From NCBI GenBank assembly GCA_965222115.1, contig CBDCTJ010000007.1, positions 64,001 to 128,000 of the forward strand: a DNA stretch of 64,000 nt, written 5' to 3'. The stretch is from Planctomycetota bacterium (GTDB lineage Bacteria; Planctomycetota; PLA2; JAEUHO01). Below are positions 55,192 to 64,000 of this stretch, one piece after another; positions within the stretch are counted from its first letter, which is position 1, and every line of letters starts with the position of its first letter. A model generated the notes under the pieces. The model saw only the letters and a list, made by a program, of their open reading frames with translations. It did no database searches and had not been told where the DNA came from. Position numbers and translations under genes: made by a program.

Positions 55192-57834
55192 ATGAACATT
55201 CGACAACTCACTGAGAAGAGCCAGGACGCGCTTCATCAAGCGTTTACGCTCGCAGGTGAACTTCTCCACGCAGAGATTGTGCCCGAGCACCTCTTGCACG
55301 CCTTGCTTCATCAAGATCAAGGCATTGTTCCTGCACTACTTACCAAGGCACGGGTCTCCACCGACGACATCGCCACACTCCTGAATCGCTACCTCCACGC
55401 GCGACCCACCATTGAAGGCGGTAGCGAAGCGCGTATGAGCCGCGACCTGCAATCGGTGATCGCCTCGGCCGAAACAATCGCAAAGAAGGGCGATGAACCC
55501 TTCGTATCAACCGAACACCTCTTGCTCGGGATTCTCAAAGAAGCCAAGGGGGTTGCCGCAGAACTCCTCACGTCGCACGGCGCCGACACCAAAACAGTTC
55601 TTGCGGCCTTGACGGAACTCAAAGGATCGCAAAAGGCAGATAGCGCAAGTCCTGAAGGGCGTTACGGTGCGCTTGACAAGTACACAACCGATCTCACCGC
55701 GCGCGCGCGAGAAGGTCGCATTGATCCCGTCATTGGTCGCGATGAAGAGATTCGCCGCATCATGCAAGTGCTGTCGCGGCGCACCAAGAACAACCCGGTC
55801 TTGATTGGCGCCCCCGGCGTTGGCAAAACCGCGATTGCCGAAGGTCTTGCACGACGCATTGTTGGCCGCGACGTACCTACTTCGCTCAAGGGAACGCGGT
55901 TGCTGTCACTTGACTTGGGTCAGTTGCTCGCAGGCACCAAGTACCGCGGTGAGTTTGAAGAGCGTATGAAAGCGCTCCTCAAGGAAGTCGAATCCGGTGG
56001 CGGCGAGATCGTGTTGTTCATTGACGAACTCCACACGATTGTAGGCGCGGGCCAAAGCGAGGGGTCGGCCGACGTGGCCAATCTATTGAAGCCGGCCCTG
56101 GCGCGAGGCGACCTACGCTGCATTGGCGCCACCACGCTTGATGAGTACCGTAAACACGTGGAGAAGGACAAAGCGCTTGAGCGTCGTTTTCAACCGGTCT
56201 ACGTGGATGAACCCGGCGAAGAGGAGTCGATTGCGATTCTTCGTGGGCTCAAGGAGCGCTACGAAGTGCACCACGGCGTGCGTATTCAAGACGCTGCGAT
56301 TGTGGCTGCGGTTCGCCTCTCCACGCGCTACCTCCCCGCGCGGCAACTGCCCGACAAGGCGATTGACCTCATGGATGAAGCCGCAAGTGGCATTCGCTTG
56401 GAGCTGGATTCGGTTCCGCGTGCACTCGATGACTTGCGTCGGGCTATCGCGCGCCTCGACATGGAGAAGATTGCGCTCAAAAAGGAGCGCGATCGTGTGA
56501 GCAAAGATCGCTTGGTAGCCATCAACGAGGAACGCGCAGCACTCAGCGAGAAGGAGAAGGCGCTCACGGCTCGCTGGCATGTGGAACGCGATCGCTTGGA
56601 TCGATTGCGCTCGAAGAAAGAGGAGCTTGAGACGGCCCGTGAACGCCAAACGCTCGATGAGCGTCGCGGCAACTTGGAAGAAGCCGCGCGCCTTCGCTAC
56701 CAAGTGATTCCTGCGCTCGAATCGGAAATCGAACGTATGACCGAAGCGATGAAACGCGATGAAGACGATGCATCGGCACGCTTGCTTCACGAAGAAGTTG
56801 ATGAGGATGCCGTGGCCGCTGTGGTGTCGCGCTGGACCGGCATTCCCGTATCCCGCATGTTGCAAAGTGAAGGCGAACGCCTGCGCACAATGGAAACGGC
56901 GCTACGCCACCGTGTCGTTGGCCAAGATGAAGCCCTTGAGACTGTCGCCCATGCCATTCGGCGAAGCCGGACAGGCCTGAGTGAAGGCACGCGTCCGCTG
57001 GGTTCGTTTCTCTTCATTGGCCCCACGGGGGTTGGCAAGACCGAACTCGCCAAAGCACTGGCTGCCTTCCTCTTTGACGACGAGCGCGCGCTGGTACGCG
57101 TCGATATGTCCGAGTACGGCGAACGTCATTCGGTATCGCGTTTGATTGGCGCGCCGCCTGGCTACGTCGGCCATGATGAAGGTGGCCAACTCACCGAAGC
57201 CGTGCGTCGTCGCCCGTACAGCGTGATCCTCATGGACGAAGTCGAGAAGGCCCATCCAGAAGTGTTTGGCACCCTTCTACAAGTACTCGACGACGGTCGC
57301 CTTACCGACGGTCAGGGTCGCACGGTGGACTTCACCAACACGGTCATCATCATGACCAGCAACCTTGGAAGCGAGGCGTTGAGCGAGCCGGATCTTTCCG
57401 ACACCGCGATTGAAGAACGTATTCAAGCGGCCCTGCGCGCATTCTTCCGCCCGGAGTTTCTCAATCGCCTCGACGACACGGTGCTGTTCCGTCGCTTAAC
57501 GCGTGAACACCTACGCGTCATCGTGGGGATTCAAGTGGCCAAGCTGGCGACTCGCCTTTGCGAACGAGGCATCGAACTCATGCTCTCGCCCGCTGCAACG
57601 GACAAGTTGGCCAACGATGGATTCGATCCCATCTACGGCGCACGCCCCCTACGTCGATTGATCGAACGTGCGGTTCAAAACCCACTGGCCATGCGCATGC
57701 TCGATGGCGATGTGGGCCGAGGTGACCGCGTGCGCATCGATGTCCATGACGACGCATTCACCTTTGAAATCGAACGTGGTGGATCCGATGACTCGCCAAC
57801 CGGACGTGGTGCAAAGGAGGTGGCGCACGCGTAA
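55192..57834 (+). CDS. clpB: Chaperone/disaggregase ClpB
   Basis: Clp-N domain; [12 protein letters not shown]; GAPGVGKT; LFIDELH; long coiled-coil M domain; GPTGVGKT; [17 protein letters not shown]; FRPEFLNR; GARPLRR. Confidence 0.96.
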   Translation: MNIRQLTEKSQDALHQAFTLAGELLHAEIVPEHLLHALLHQDQGIVPALLTKARVSTDDIATLLNRYLHARPTIEGGSEARMSRDLQSVIASAETIAKKGDEPFVSTEHLLLGILKEAKGVAAELLTSHGADTKTVLAALTELKGSQKADSASPEGRYGALDKYTTDLTARAREGRIDPVIGRDEEIRRIMQVLSRRTKNNPVLIGAPGVGKTAIAEGLARRIVGRDVPTSLKGTRLLSLDLGQLLAGTKYRGEFEERMKALLKEVESGGGEIVLFIDELHTIVGAGQSEGSADVANLLKPALARGDLRCIGATTLDEYRKHVEKDKALERRFQPVYVDEPGEEESIAILRGLKERYEVHHGVRIQDAAIVAAVRLSTRYLPARQLPDKAIDLMDEAASGIRLELDSVPRALDDLRRAIARLDMEKIALKKERDRVSKDRLVAINEERAALSEKEKALTARWHVERDRLDRLRSKKEELETARERQTLDERRGNLEEAARLRYQVIPALESEIERMTEAMKRDEDDASARLLHEEVDEDAVAAVVSRWTGIPVSRMLQSEGERLRTMETALRHRVVGQDEALETVAHAIRRSRTGLSEGTRPLGSFLFIGPTGVGKTELAKALAAFLFDDERALVRVDMSEYGERHSVSRLIGAPPGYVGHDEGGQLTEAVRRRPYSVILMDEVEKAHPEVFGTLLQVLDDGRLTDGQGRTVDFTNTVIIMTSNLGSEALSEPDLSDTAIEERIQAALRAFFRPEFLNRLDDTVLFRRLTREHLRVIVGIQVAKLATRLCERGIELMLSPAATDKLANDGFDPIYGARPLRRLIERAVQNPLAMRMLDGDVGRGDRVRIDVHDDAFTFEIERGGSDDSPTGRGAKEVAHA

Positions 57835-57904
57835 TCCGCGTGCGCCAGCACACGTTGCCGAGGGTGTTCGCTGCCGGCGCCCAACGTCTGTGTAGCTACT
57901 CGCT

Positions 57905-59881
57905 CTACTTGAAGATGTCGTCAACTTTGTTGTTGACCTTCTTACGAGCGTCACGCAAACCATCGCCAATGCGATCGAAGATGCTCTTCTTACGCTTCTT
58001 CTTGCGAGGCGGCGGCGCAGGTTGCGCGGTCGTGCCGGGGTATGTCGTCGTGCCGGGCTGCGTCGTACCTGGATAGGTCGTGCCCGGATAGGTTGTACCG
58101 GGATAAACGGTACCCGGTTGCGGTTGCGCGGGATAGGTCACGCCCGCCGAACTCAATGTGATTTGCGTGCCACGCTGAACGATGGCGCCCGGCGCGTAAC
58201 TTTGGTGACCCACCACCGAGGCATTGTCGGCAAAGACGGCTTGAAGGCCTGCGTTGGCCATCTGGTTGGCCGCCTGCGATCGCGTGAGGGTACGTACATC
58301 GGGCACCGTGACATAACCGCCTTGGCCCGACATGGTGCTGAGCGTGGGATCGCCGGTTACACGAAGCTGTACAGTAGAACCTGACGCCACCGTGCTACCC
58401 GCGCGCGGCACTTGCGAGGTCACGCGCGAACCCGCTGCGGCCGTACCACCGCCAAAGCGCGTGGCCAAACGAGCTTGCGAAAGTACGGCGCCTGCTTCAC
58501 GCACCGTGCGACCCACCACGTCGGGAACAGTCGCGATGCGTGGGAATACCAACTTGACGGTTGACCCCTTCTTCGCGGTCGCCAGATTCGACGGAATCTG
58601 CTGCAACACATGATCGACGCGACCTTGCCCCTCTTCGCGCTGACGAAGATCGGGCACAAGTCCAGCCGCTTGGACAATGCGCACGGCCTCTTCGCGCGAC
58701 TTCCCAACCACCGTGATCACACCCAACGCGGGTAGGGCGGGATTGCTGCTGGTTTGCGCCATTCCTTCACCGCGAATGTCCACGGTTATGGGCGCGCGGA
58801 ATCGAGCCTGTTGACCGGGCGAGGGCACTTGGCTACGAATGAGCCCCGTGGCCGAGCTTTCCGGCGAACGACGAAGCGTCATGCCCAGGCCGCGCAATAC
58901 GTTTCGCGCTTGACGCTCCGACAGCCCAATCAAGCGTGGCATGGGAAACGTACCGCGCACATCACTGGGCGCCACAACGCGGTACTGAACCACGGCGCCT
59001 TCGGGCAAACTCAGGCCCGGGCGAATCTGTTGACCCACAACGGTCCAAGGACGCGACGCGGAGTGCTTTACAAACCACGGGTGCGGCGTGAGGCCAGCCG
59101 CAATCACTTCGCGCTCGGCTTGTACCGCGGTCTTGCCTCGAATGTTTGGCATACGGCCCATTGAGGAGGAACCGGGCAACGCATCGCTTGTGCCGCCTGA
59201 AACACGTGGCGGCGGAAGCGAATCAATAGCGGGCTTTCCGGGCGCCAGAGGCTTGGGTGCGGTCTTGCCCGAGGTCTCGGGAACGTCCGACGAACCTGTT
59301 GGCCGAGACGAAGCTATAGGCTTTGTGGGCCTCGGCGACTTGCTGCTCGTTTCTTTCGTTGCAGGTTGATTGTCGTCTGCCGAAACGTACCCAATGGTGA
59401 GCGTAAGCGTTGACCGAAGATTGGCTGCACTGCCAGCGCCGGGAGTGGTCCGTATGACTTTGCCGGCCTGAGCTGCGGACGAAGGTTCGCGTTTGATCTT
59501 TACGACGTAGGCCGCCGACAACTCGGCGAGGGCCTCTTCAGCAAACTTGCCTCGCACATCGGGGACAACGGTCTTCACGCTTGTGCGCAAACCAACGTTT
59601 AGCGTGACCAACGACTTGGCAAGTGCCTGCGTGCCCGCCTTTGGATTCTGGGAACCCACACGACCCTCGTCGATACCGGCCACCTCAATGCTTCTCACCT
59701 GAAACCCGGCCGCCTCAAGCGCACTCTGTGCCTCGGCCAAGGATTGACCCACCACGTTCGGCACGGCGACCCGCGCGGCATCGGCTGCAAACGCGTGACC
59801 CAAACCCAACGCAAACAACATGATCACGGTGGGCAACGAATAGCGGTAGACGCGCGACCCATTCTTCGTTTTCAAGATCAT
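57905..59881 (-). CDS. Exported protein with about 7 PASTA domains and no catalytic domain
   Basis: Signal peptide ending AFA-AD; repeat openers VPNVVG, VPDVRG, MPNIRG, MPRLIG, ITVVG, VPDVVG, VPDVRT, each followed by ..Q.P..G..V.L; Pro/Ser linker; PGTTY tail. Confidence 0.85.
   Translation of the reverse strand: MILKTKNGSRVYRYSLPTVIMLFALGLGHAFAADAARVAVPNVVGQSLAEAQSALEAAGFQVRSIEVAGIDEGRVGSQNPKAGTQALAKSLVTLNVGLRTSVKTVVPDVRGKFAEEALAELSAAYVVKIKREPSSAAQAGKVIRTTPGAGSAANLRSTLTLTIGYVSADDNQPATKETSSKSPRPTKPIASSRPTGSSDVPETSGKTAPKPLAPGKPAIDSLPPPRVSGGTSDALPGSSSMGRMPNIRGKTAVQAEREVIAAGLTPHPWFVKHSASRPWTVVGQQIRPGLSLPEGAVVQYRVVAPSDVRGTFPMPRLIGLSERQARNVLRGLGMTLRRSPESSATGLIRSQVPSPGQQARFRAPITVDIRGEGMAQTSSNPALPALGVITVVGKSREEAVRIVQAAGLVPDLRQREEGQGRVDHVLQQIPSNLATAKKGSTVKLVFPRIATVPDVVGRTVREAGAVLSQARLATRFGGGTAAAGSRVTSQVPRAGSTVASGSTVQLRVTGDPTLSTMSGQGGYVTVPDVRTLTRSQAANQMANAGLQAVFADNASVVGHQSYAPGAIVQRGTQITLSSAGVTYPAQPQPGTVYPGTTYPGTTYPGTTQPGTTTYPGTTAQPAPPPRKKKRKKSIFDRIGDGLRDARKKVNNKVDDIFK
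58028..58140 (-). repeat. Coding pentapeptide repeat (YPGTT)n, degenerate 15-bp units
   Basis: VTYPAQPQPGTVYPGTTYPGTTYPGTTQPGTTTYPGTT, with synonymous variation between units. Confidence 0.85.
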
Positions 59882-60279
59882 TCCAAAACCTCCGTACGAC
59901 GACAGGCTCTGCTTCGTTGAGATGGCCGTCCGTGAGATGGCAGGTCACCGTTGGACATGTCGTGCCCCACGGTTGCCCAGCATCGGGTGGCGCGGTCGTC
60001 GCGTACGCACTCAATTATCTCAGAAGTTGAGCGTTCGCCTCCGATCCTCTTCAATCGGCCCAAATACGTCATAAATGCCGAAAAATGGGGCTTCTACGCA
60101 CATCCGGGGTGCCGATTTCGTCTGTTGATCGTCACTGTTTTGACCGATTCGACCTTGACGATCTACCCCGCACAGGCGTAAACCCGGGTCGGGATAAGGG
60201 CGGGGCAGCTGTTACCTCGAGGTCACTCGTGCGTAGTCCTTCATGGCCCCGCCTTGCGGGGTCGGTGGAGGGCCGACCC

Positions 60280-61290
60280 GTGACTGCCGCGAACTCGCGA
60301 CATGCGAACGACCAACAAGCCTACGAACAGCGAACCAACAACACGCCAACCGCGGGTTGTGCGAATCCCCCGCTCGCATCGAGTTCCACCTGCGAACGCC
60401 ATGTAAGCGGCCCGCTGCTCGGGGCCGCACTTCAAGTCGTACAACCCACGCTGACCCCCGCACGAAATCCCGATGCCATACGTGACGCCACAACCGACAG
60501 TTGGGGACGCACAGCCCACCGACATGATCCGTTGTGGGCGTGTGCACGTGCTGGGGATCACGATGCGTTTTGCCAACTGGTCGACACGTTCCTGGAACGC
60601 CTGATTGCACAAGCGCAACGGCTGCTTCGGCGAACCCATGAAGACCCGGCCGACATCATTCAGGACGCCTTGTTGTCGGCATGGGAGCGACGCTGCACCA
60701 TCACGTCGTTTCCTCACTTGCGACGTTGGCTGTTCCTTGTTGTGCGACGACATGCCATATCTCGCATTCGAAGGCGAAAGCGCGCGGGCCATGGATTCGT
60801 TTCGCTCCATCGAGACACCGACGACGACTCCGACCTTCGCGAAGGTCGCACCCGGCAGTTGCGTGATCCATATGCACCCACACCATCGGCGGGGAATCTC
60901 AGTCGCGCCCAAGTGACAAAGTCCATGTTGCGTGCGATGCAGTCGTGTGCACGCTCTCTGTCGCCCAATGATCTCTCCGCCATCGAGCTTTACTATCTGC
61001 ACAACTTTCGCATACGCGACATCGCTGAGCTGTTGGGCATCTCCGTAACCGCAGTCAAGATGCGACTCACGCGCGCGCGTGCACGCTTACGCCACTCGCT
61101 TAACCAATCTGCCGAAGACGCCATCGAGGCCATAGAAGAGGAAACACTCCCCGCGCGCAACACGCCACGTGCCTGGGACGAACCGCGCGCTACATCACCC
61201 GGATGGGCCACAACCGTTCGCGAGTGGATGACGGCCTATGAACGGAGTCGTCCAAAGTGCACGCCAAACACACTGAGGAGGCCGTCATGA
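60280..61290 (+). CDS. ECF RNA polymerase sigma factor with N- and C-terminal extensions
   Basis: Region 2 GDHDAFCQLV..ADIIQDALL..WLFLVVR; region 4 LSPNDLSAIELYY..DIAELLGISVTAVKMRLTRAR. GTG 60280 with GGAGG chosen; start uncertain. Confidence 0.85.
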   Translation: MTAANSRHANDQQAYEQRTNNTPTAGCANPPLASSSTCERHVSGPLLGAALQVVQPTLTPARNPDAIRDATTDSWGRTAHRHDPLWACARAGDHDAFCQLVDTFLERLIAQAQRLLRRTHEDPADIIQDALLSAWERRCTITSFPHLRRWLFLVVRRHAISRIRRRKRAGHGFVSLHRDTDDDSDLREGRTRQLRDPYAPTPSAGNLSRAQVTKSMLRAMQSCARSLSPNDLSAIELYYLHNFRIRDIAELLGISVTAVKMRLTRARARLRHSLNQSAEDAIEAIEEETLPARNTPRAWDEPRATSPGWATTVREWMTAYERSRPKCTPNTLRRPS

Positions 61291-62444
61291 ATCGCGCACG
61301 CACACCGGATGATGCGAGCAACACACCCAACGACGACACGCGCGACATCGATGAGGCCGCTAGTCGCATCGAGCTTTGTGCGGACGAACTTTGGATCATC
61401 TGCACGCGCATGCTTCGAGATCACGGTAGTTACGAGCACCAGCAATCCCCCGCCGATGGCGACCATGTCGATCGCGCCCCCGTGAAAGCGATACGAGCAC
61501 GCGTGCTCCAGAATGTGCGAACGAAGCTGAAGGCGACGTCACCTTCACCGATTCACGCAGTACAAGTTCATCCGCCGCAAGCGCGCGTGCTGCCAGCGTG
61601 GGCTGCCGTTGCCGCCGTGTTATTGGTTGCTTTGCTATCGACGTACACCGCGGGACGCAACAACCAGAGCGCTTCGCTGCCCACGCTTCCACCCAATGGC
61701 GTGGCGCCGCCCGCCCCTAGAAACGAACCGATGCCAACTCGGGTCACGGTTGCTAGTGATTCGGCCCCCGGGGTAAAGCCAGGCAGCGAGCGAGACGCGG
61801 AACTCGCCTATCGACAGTTCAAACTTGCAGCGCCCGCAACACCAAGTCATGCGAATCAATTGGGCCACGAGACGGCAGCGCGTTGTCGCAAGCGACCACG
61901 CGTGTGGCGCAAGGCACTGCGCGCATGGCGCACGTTCCTTCGCAAAATGGAACGGCCATTGCTAGCGATGCCCATTGTCGCGTCGATTGCCGAATCAAGC
62001 CTACCCGCATCGCGCGAACAGATGGATGCGCTGCTCGATTTGGGTCGTGCATTGGCAAAGGAGGGCGACACGCAGGGCGCCAAAATGGTCTTGCAGCACA
62101 TTGCGGCCAAGGGAGCCGGACAAGCGCCGCGCGCCGTCGCCGGTGCGTTATCGGAGCTGGCGCTACTAGCGGGTGAATCGAAAGACACCAAGGCACTGGA
62201 GAACATTCTGCGCACGCTTGACCGTGTACGCGCGTCCTACGCGAAGCAGATTGAGGTGTGGGGTGTGCTGGGCGAAATTCGTTTGACGCAGGGTGATCGT
62301 CGGGGCGCATTGCGTGCACTCAAGCGAGCCGAACGCACGTACAACGATGCGCTGAAGCGCGGCGGCGAACACAAAGTGAAGAATGTGGTGAAAGCGTGGC
62401 TCGACTTGAAACTGCGGAAGTTGTTGGAAGAAGTCGAGCGCTAA
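61287..62444 (+). CDS. Putative anti-sigma factor (single TM, TPR-like C-terminus)
   Basis: ATGA-coupled to the ECF gene with a GAGGAGG RBS; TM WAAVAAVLLVALL; Pro-rich linker; TPR-like helices ALLDLGRALAKEGD..A and LGEIRLTQGD..A. Confidence 0.65.
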   Translation: MNRARTPDDASNTPNDDTRDIDEAASRIELCADELWIICTRMLRDHGSYEHQQSPADGDHVDRAPVKAIRARVLQNVRTKLKATSPSPIHAVQVHPPQARVLPAWAAVAAVLLVALLSTYTAGRNNQSASLPTLPPNGVAPPAPRNEPMPTRVTVASDSAPGVKPGSERDAELAYRQFKLAAPATPSHANQLGHETAARCRKRPRVWRKALRAWRTFLRKMERPLLAMPIVASIAESSLPASREQMDALLDLGRALAKEGDTQGAKMVLQHIAAKGAGQAPRAVAGALSELALLAGESKDTKALENILRTLDRVRASYAKQIEVWGVLGEIRLTQGDRRGALRALKRAERTYNDALKRGGEHKVKNVVKAWLDLKLRKLLEEVER

Positions 62445-63757
62445 ATCGAAGGGCTCGACCCCCGGCCAATGCCCTCATAGTAAAACCCCGCAGCGATCGC
62501 ACTCTCGCGACGAAGGACATTGCGCCCATCAAACACATTGCGCGCGCGCATGACCGACGCCAAGCGTTCAAAGTCGAGGTTGCGGTACTCGTTCCACTCG
62601 GTGCAAAGCACGATGGCGTCGGCGTCCTTGGCCGCGGCGTAGGGATCGCCGGTGTAGGTCATCTTGTCGCCAAAGTACTGCTTGAAGTTCTCCATCCCCT
62701 CGGGGTCGGTTCCCACCACACTCGCGCCATGCTCCAGAAGCTGGCGGGCAATGACTTCGGCCGGCGCTTCGCGAACATCGTCGGTTTGAGGTTTGAAACT
62801 CAGGCCAAAGATGGCTACGCGCTTACCCGACAAGTCCTCGCCAAGGCGGGTACGCACACGGTCGGCGAGGAGTTCCTTTTGTTCGTCATTGACGGCTTCA
62901 GCCGCTGTAGCCAGGCGCATGGTGAGGCCAACCGCGCGCCCCACATGAATCAACCCTTGCGTGTCTTTGGGAAAACAGGAACCGCCATAGCCACAACCAG
63001 CATTGAGAAACGCGTCACCAATGCGCTCATCCGATCCCACGCCGCGCTTGACATCATCTACGTCGGCACCCACGGCATCACACAGCCTTGCGATTTCGTT
63101 CATGAATGAGATGCGCGTTGCAAGCATGGCATTGGACGCATATTTCGTAAGTTCTGCGGCCGCATTCGACATACGAAAAATCGGACCCCCGTTTTGGGTA
63201 AACGGTCGGTATAGCGCCTCCATTACATCGAATGCCTTGTGCGAGTCGGTGCCAATCACAATGCGATTCGGCCGCAAGAAATCATCGAGCGCGGCACCTT
63301 CGCGCAAGAACTCGGGATTGCTCACGACATCCACGTTCACATCGGGGAAACTTGCTAACTTCTCGCGCACGCGCTTGGCAGTACCCACCGGCACGGTGCT
63401 CTTGAGCACAACCACCGTGTAATCGCGAAGATGAGGAATGACGTCGGCAATGCAACGATCAAGCGCGCGCAAGTCGGGTTGACCACCTTCACCCTCGGGC
63501 GTTCCCACGGCGATCACGACAACATCCGACGCGGATACAGCATCCGCGTGTGAGGTCATGAACTGAATACGTTTCTCACGCTGGGCGCGTCGCAGAACGC
63601 TCGCCAAGCCCTCCTCATAAAACGGAACCTGCCCAGCTTGCAGCGACGCAATCTGCGCCTCATTGACATCCACGCACGCGACATCGTGGCCCGCGTCGGC
63701 AAAGCAAACGCCCGCCACCAAACCGACGTAACCCGTTCCAATGACCGCCACGTGCAT
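62441..63757 (-). CDS. ugd: UDP-glucose 6-dehydrogenase
   Basis: VAVIGTGYVGL, AVGTP, KSTVPVGT, SNPEFLREG, AELTKYASN, GYGGSCFPKD, FKPQTDDVRE, DGRN; GAGGAG RBS. Confidence 0.95.
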   Translation of the reverse strand: MHVAVIGTGYVGLVAGVCFADAGHDVACVDVNEAQIASLQAGQVPFYEEGLASVLRRAQREKRIQFMTSHADAVSASDVVVIAVGTPEGEGGQPDLRALDRCIADVIPHLRDYTVVVLKSTVPVGTAKRVREKLASFPDVNVDVVSNPEFLREGAALDDFLRPNRIVIGTDSHKAFDVMEALYRPFTQNGGPIFRMSNAAAELTKYASNAMLATRISFMNEIARLCDAVGADVDDVKRGVGSDERIGDAFLNAGCGYGGSCFPKDTQGLIHVGRAVGLTMRLATAAEAVNDEQKELLADRVRTRLGEDLSGKRVAIFGLSFKPQTDDVREAPAEVIARQLLEHGASVVGTDPEGMENFKQYFGDKMTYTGDPYAAAKDADAIVLCTEWNEYRNLDFERLASVMRARNVFDGRNVLRRESAIAAGFYYEGIGRGSSPSI

Positions 63758-63905
63758 GCAGGACTCCTCGACCGCAGGCGTCATGCTAGCCCGCCCCGTT
63801 TGGCCCCCCCGCCCGATTCCCCTCACCAACTCCCCCGCACACCCCGCCTGCTTTCTCTCCACCCCGAGACCCCAAAACTTCTGCCCCTTCCACCCCCCCG
63901 CCCCC

Positions 63906-63919
63906 TAAAATCCGCCCCC
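63906..63919 (+). promoter_or_regulatory. -10 box and GC-rich discriminator of the tRNA promoter
   Basis: TAAAAT followed by CCGCCCCC just upstream of tRNA-Asp; no clear -35 element. Confidence 0.5.
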
Positions 63920-63925
63920 ACCCCC

Positions 63926-64000
63926 GGGGGTGTAGCTCAGTTGGTTTAGAGCGCCGGCCTGTCAAGCCGGAGGTCGCGGGTTCGAGTCCCGTCACTCCCG
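63926..64000 (+). tRNA. tRNA-Asp(GTC), ends at the window edge
   Basis: GGGGGTG TA GCTC..GAGC G CCGGC CT-GTC-AA GCCGG AGGTC GCGGG TTCGAGT CCCGT CACTCCC G. Confidence 0.97.

Noticed and set aside
58028-58140. Short tandem repeats as a possible CRISPR array or contingency locus
   Set aside because: There are no spacers or cas genes; the units are in-frame and vary synonymously, so this is a protein-level repeat.

Overview
GC-rich bacterial chromosomal window, about 50 CDS and 2 tRNAs. It is probably from the PVC superphylum, most likely Planctomycetota; this is inferred from a long chlamydia-type GreA, a chlamydia/eukaryote-like citrate synthase and the style of the secreted proteins. No integrase, transposase, prophage or CRISPR array is visible. 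Left to right: a thioester alpha-2-macroglobulin, separated by one in-frame TGA from an upstream signal-peptide ORF; GNAT; a two-domain DUF fusion; xth; a cation/H+ antiporter; citrate synthase; two unknown proteins; a PaaK-like CoA ligase, small protein and GGT operon; a leucine-degradation (liu-like) operon back-to-back with an abm-like SDR/ECH/ACAD/RidA operon; a Cys-cluster hybrid kinase; kynA; a two-component system flanked by lipoproteins made of one repeated acidic domain; moaA; an exported thioredoxin-NHL protein next to a phosphatase-fold/cytochrome c fusion; greA; tRNA-Arg; rluB; manA; an orphan flgM-like gene; rsmD; pdxJ-dapA; hsp20-clpB with a sigma54 promoter; a 7xPASTA protein divergent from an ECF sigma/anti-sigma pair; ugd; tRNA-Asp. 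The best candidates for an undescribed system are the exported phosphatase-fold/heme c plus thioredoxin-NHL pair, the TCS with repeated acidic lipoproteins, and the split, pseudopilin-motif-bearing A2M. All calls come from reading motifs by eye; no database searches were run.
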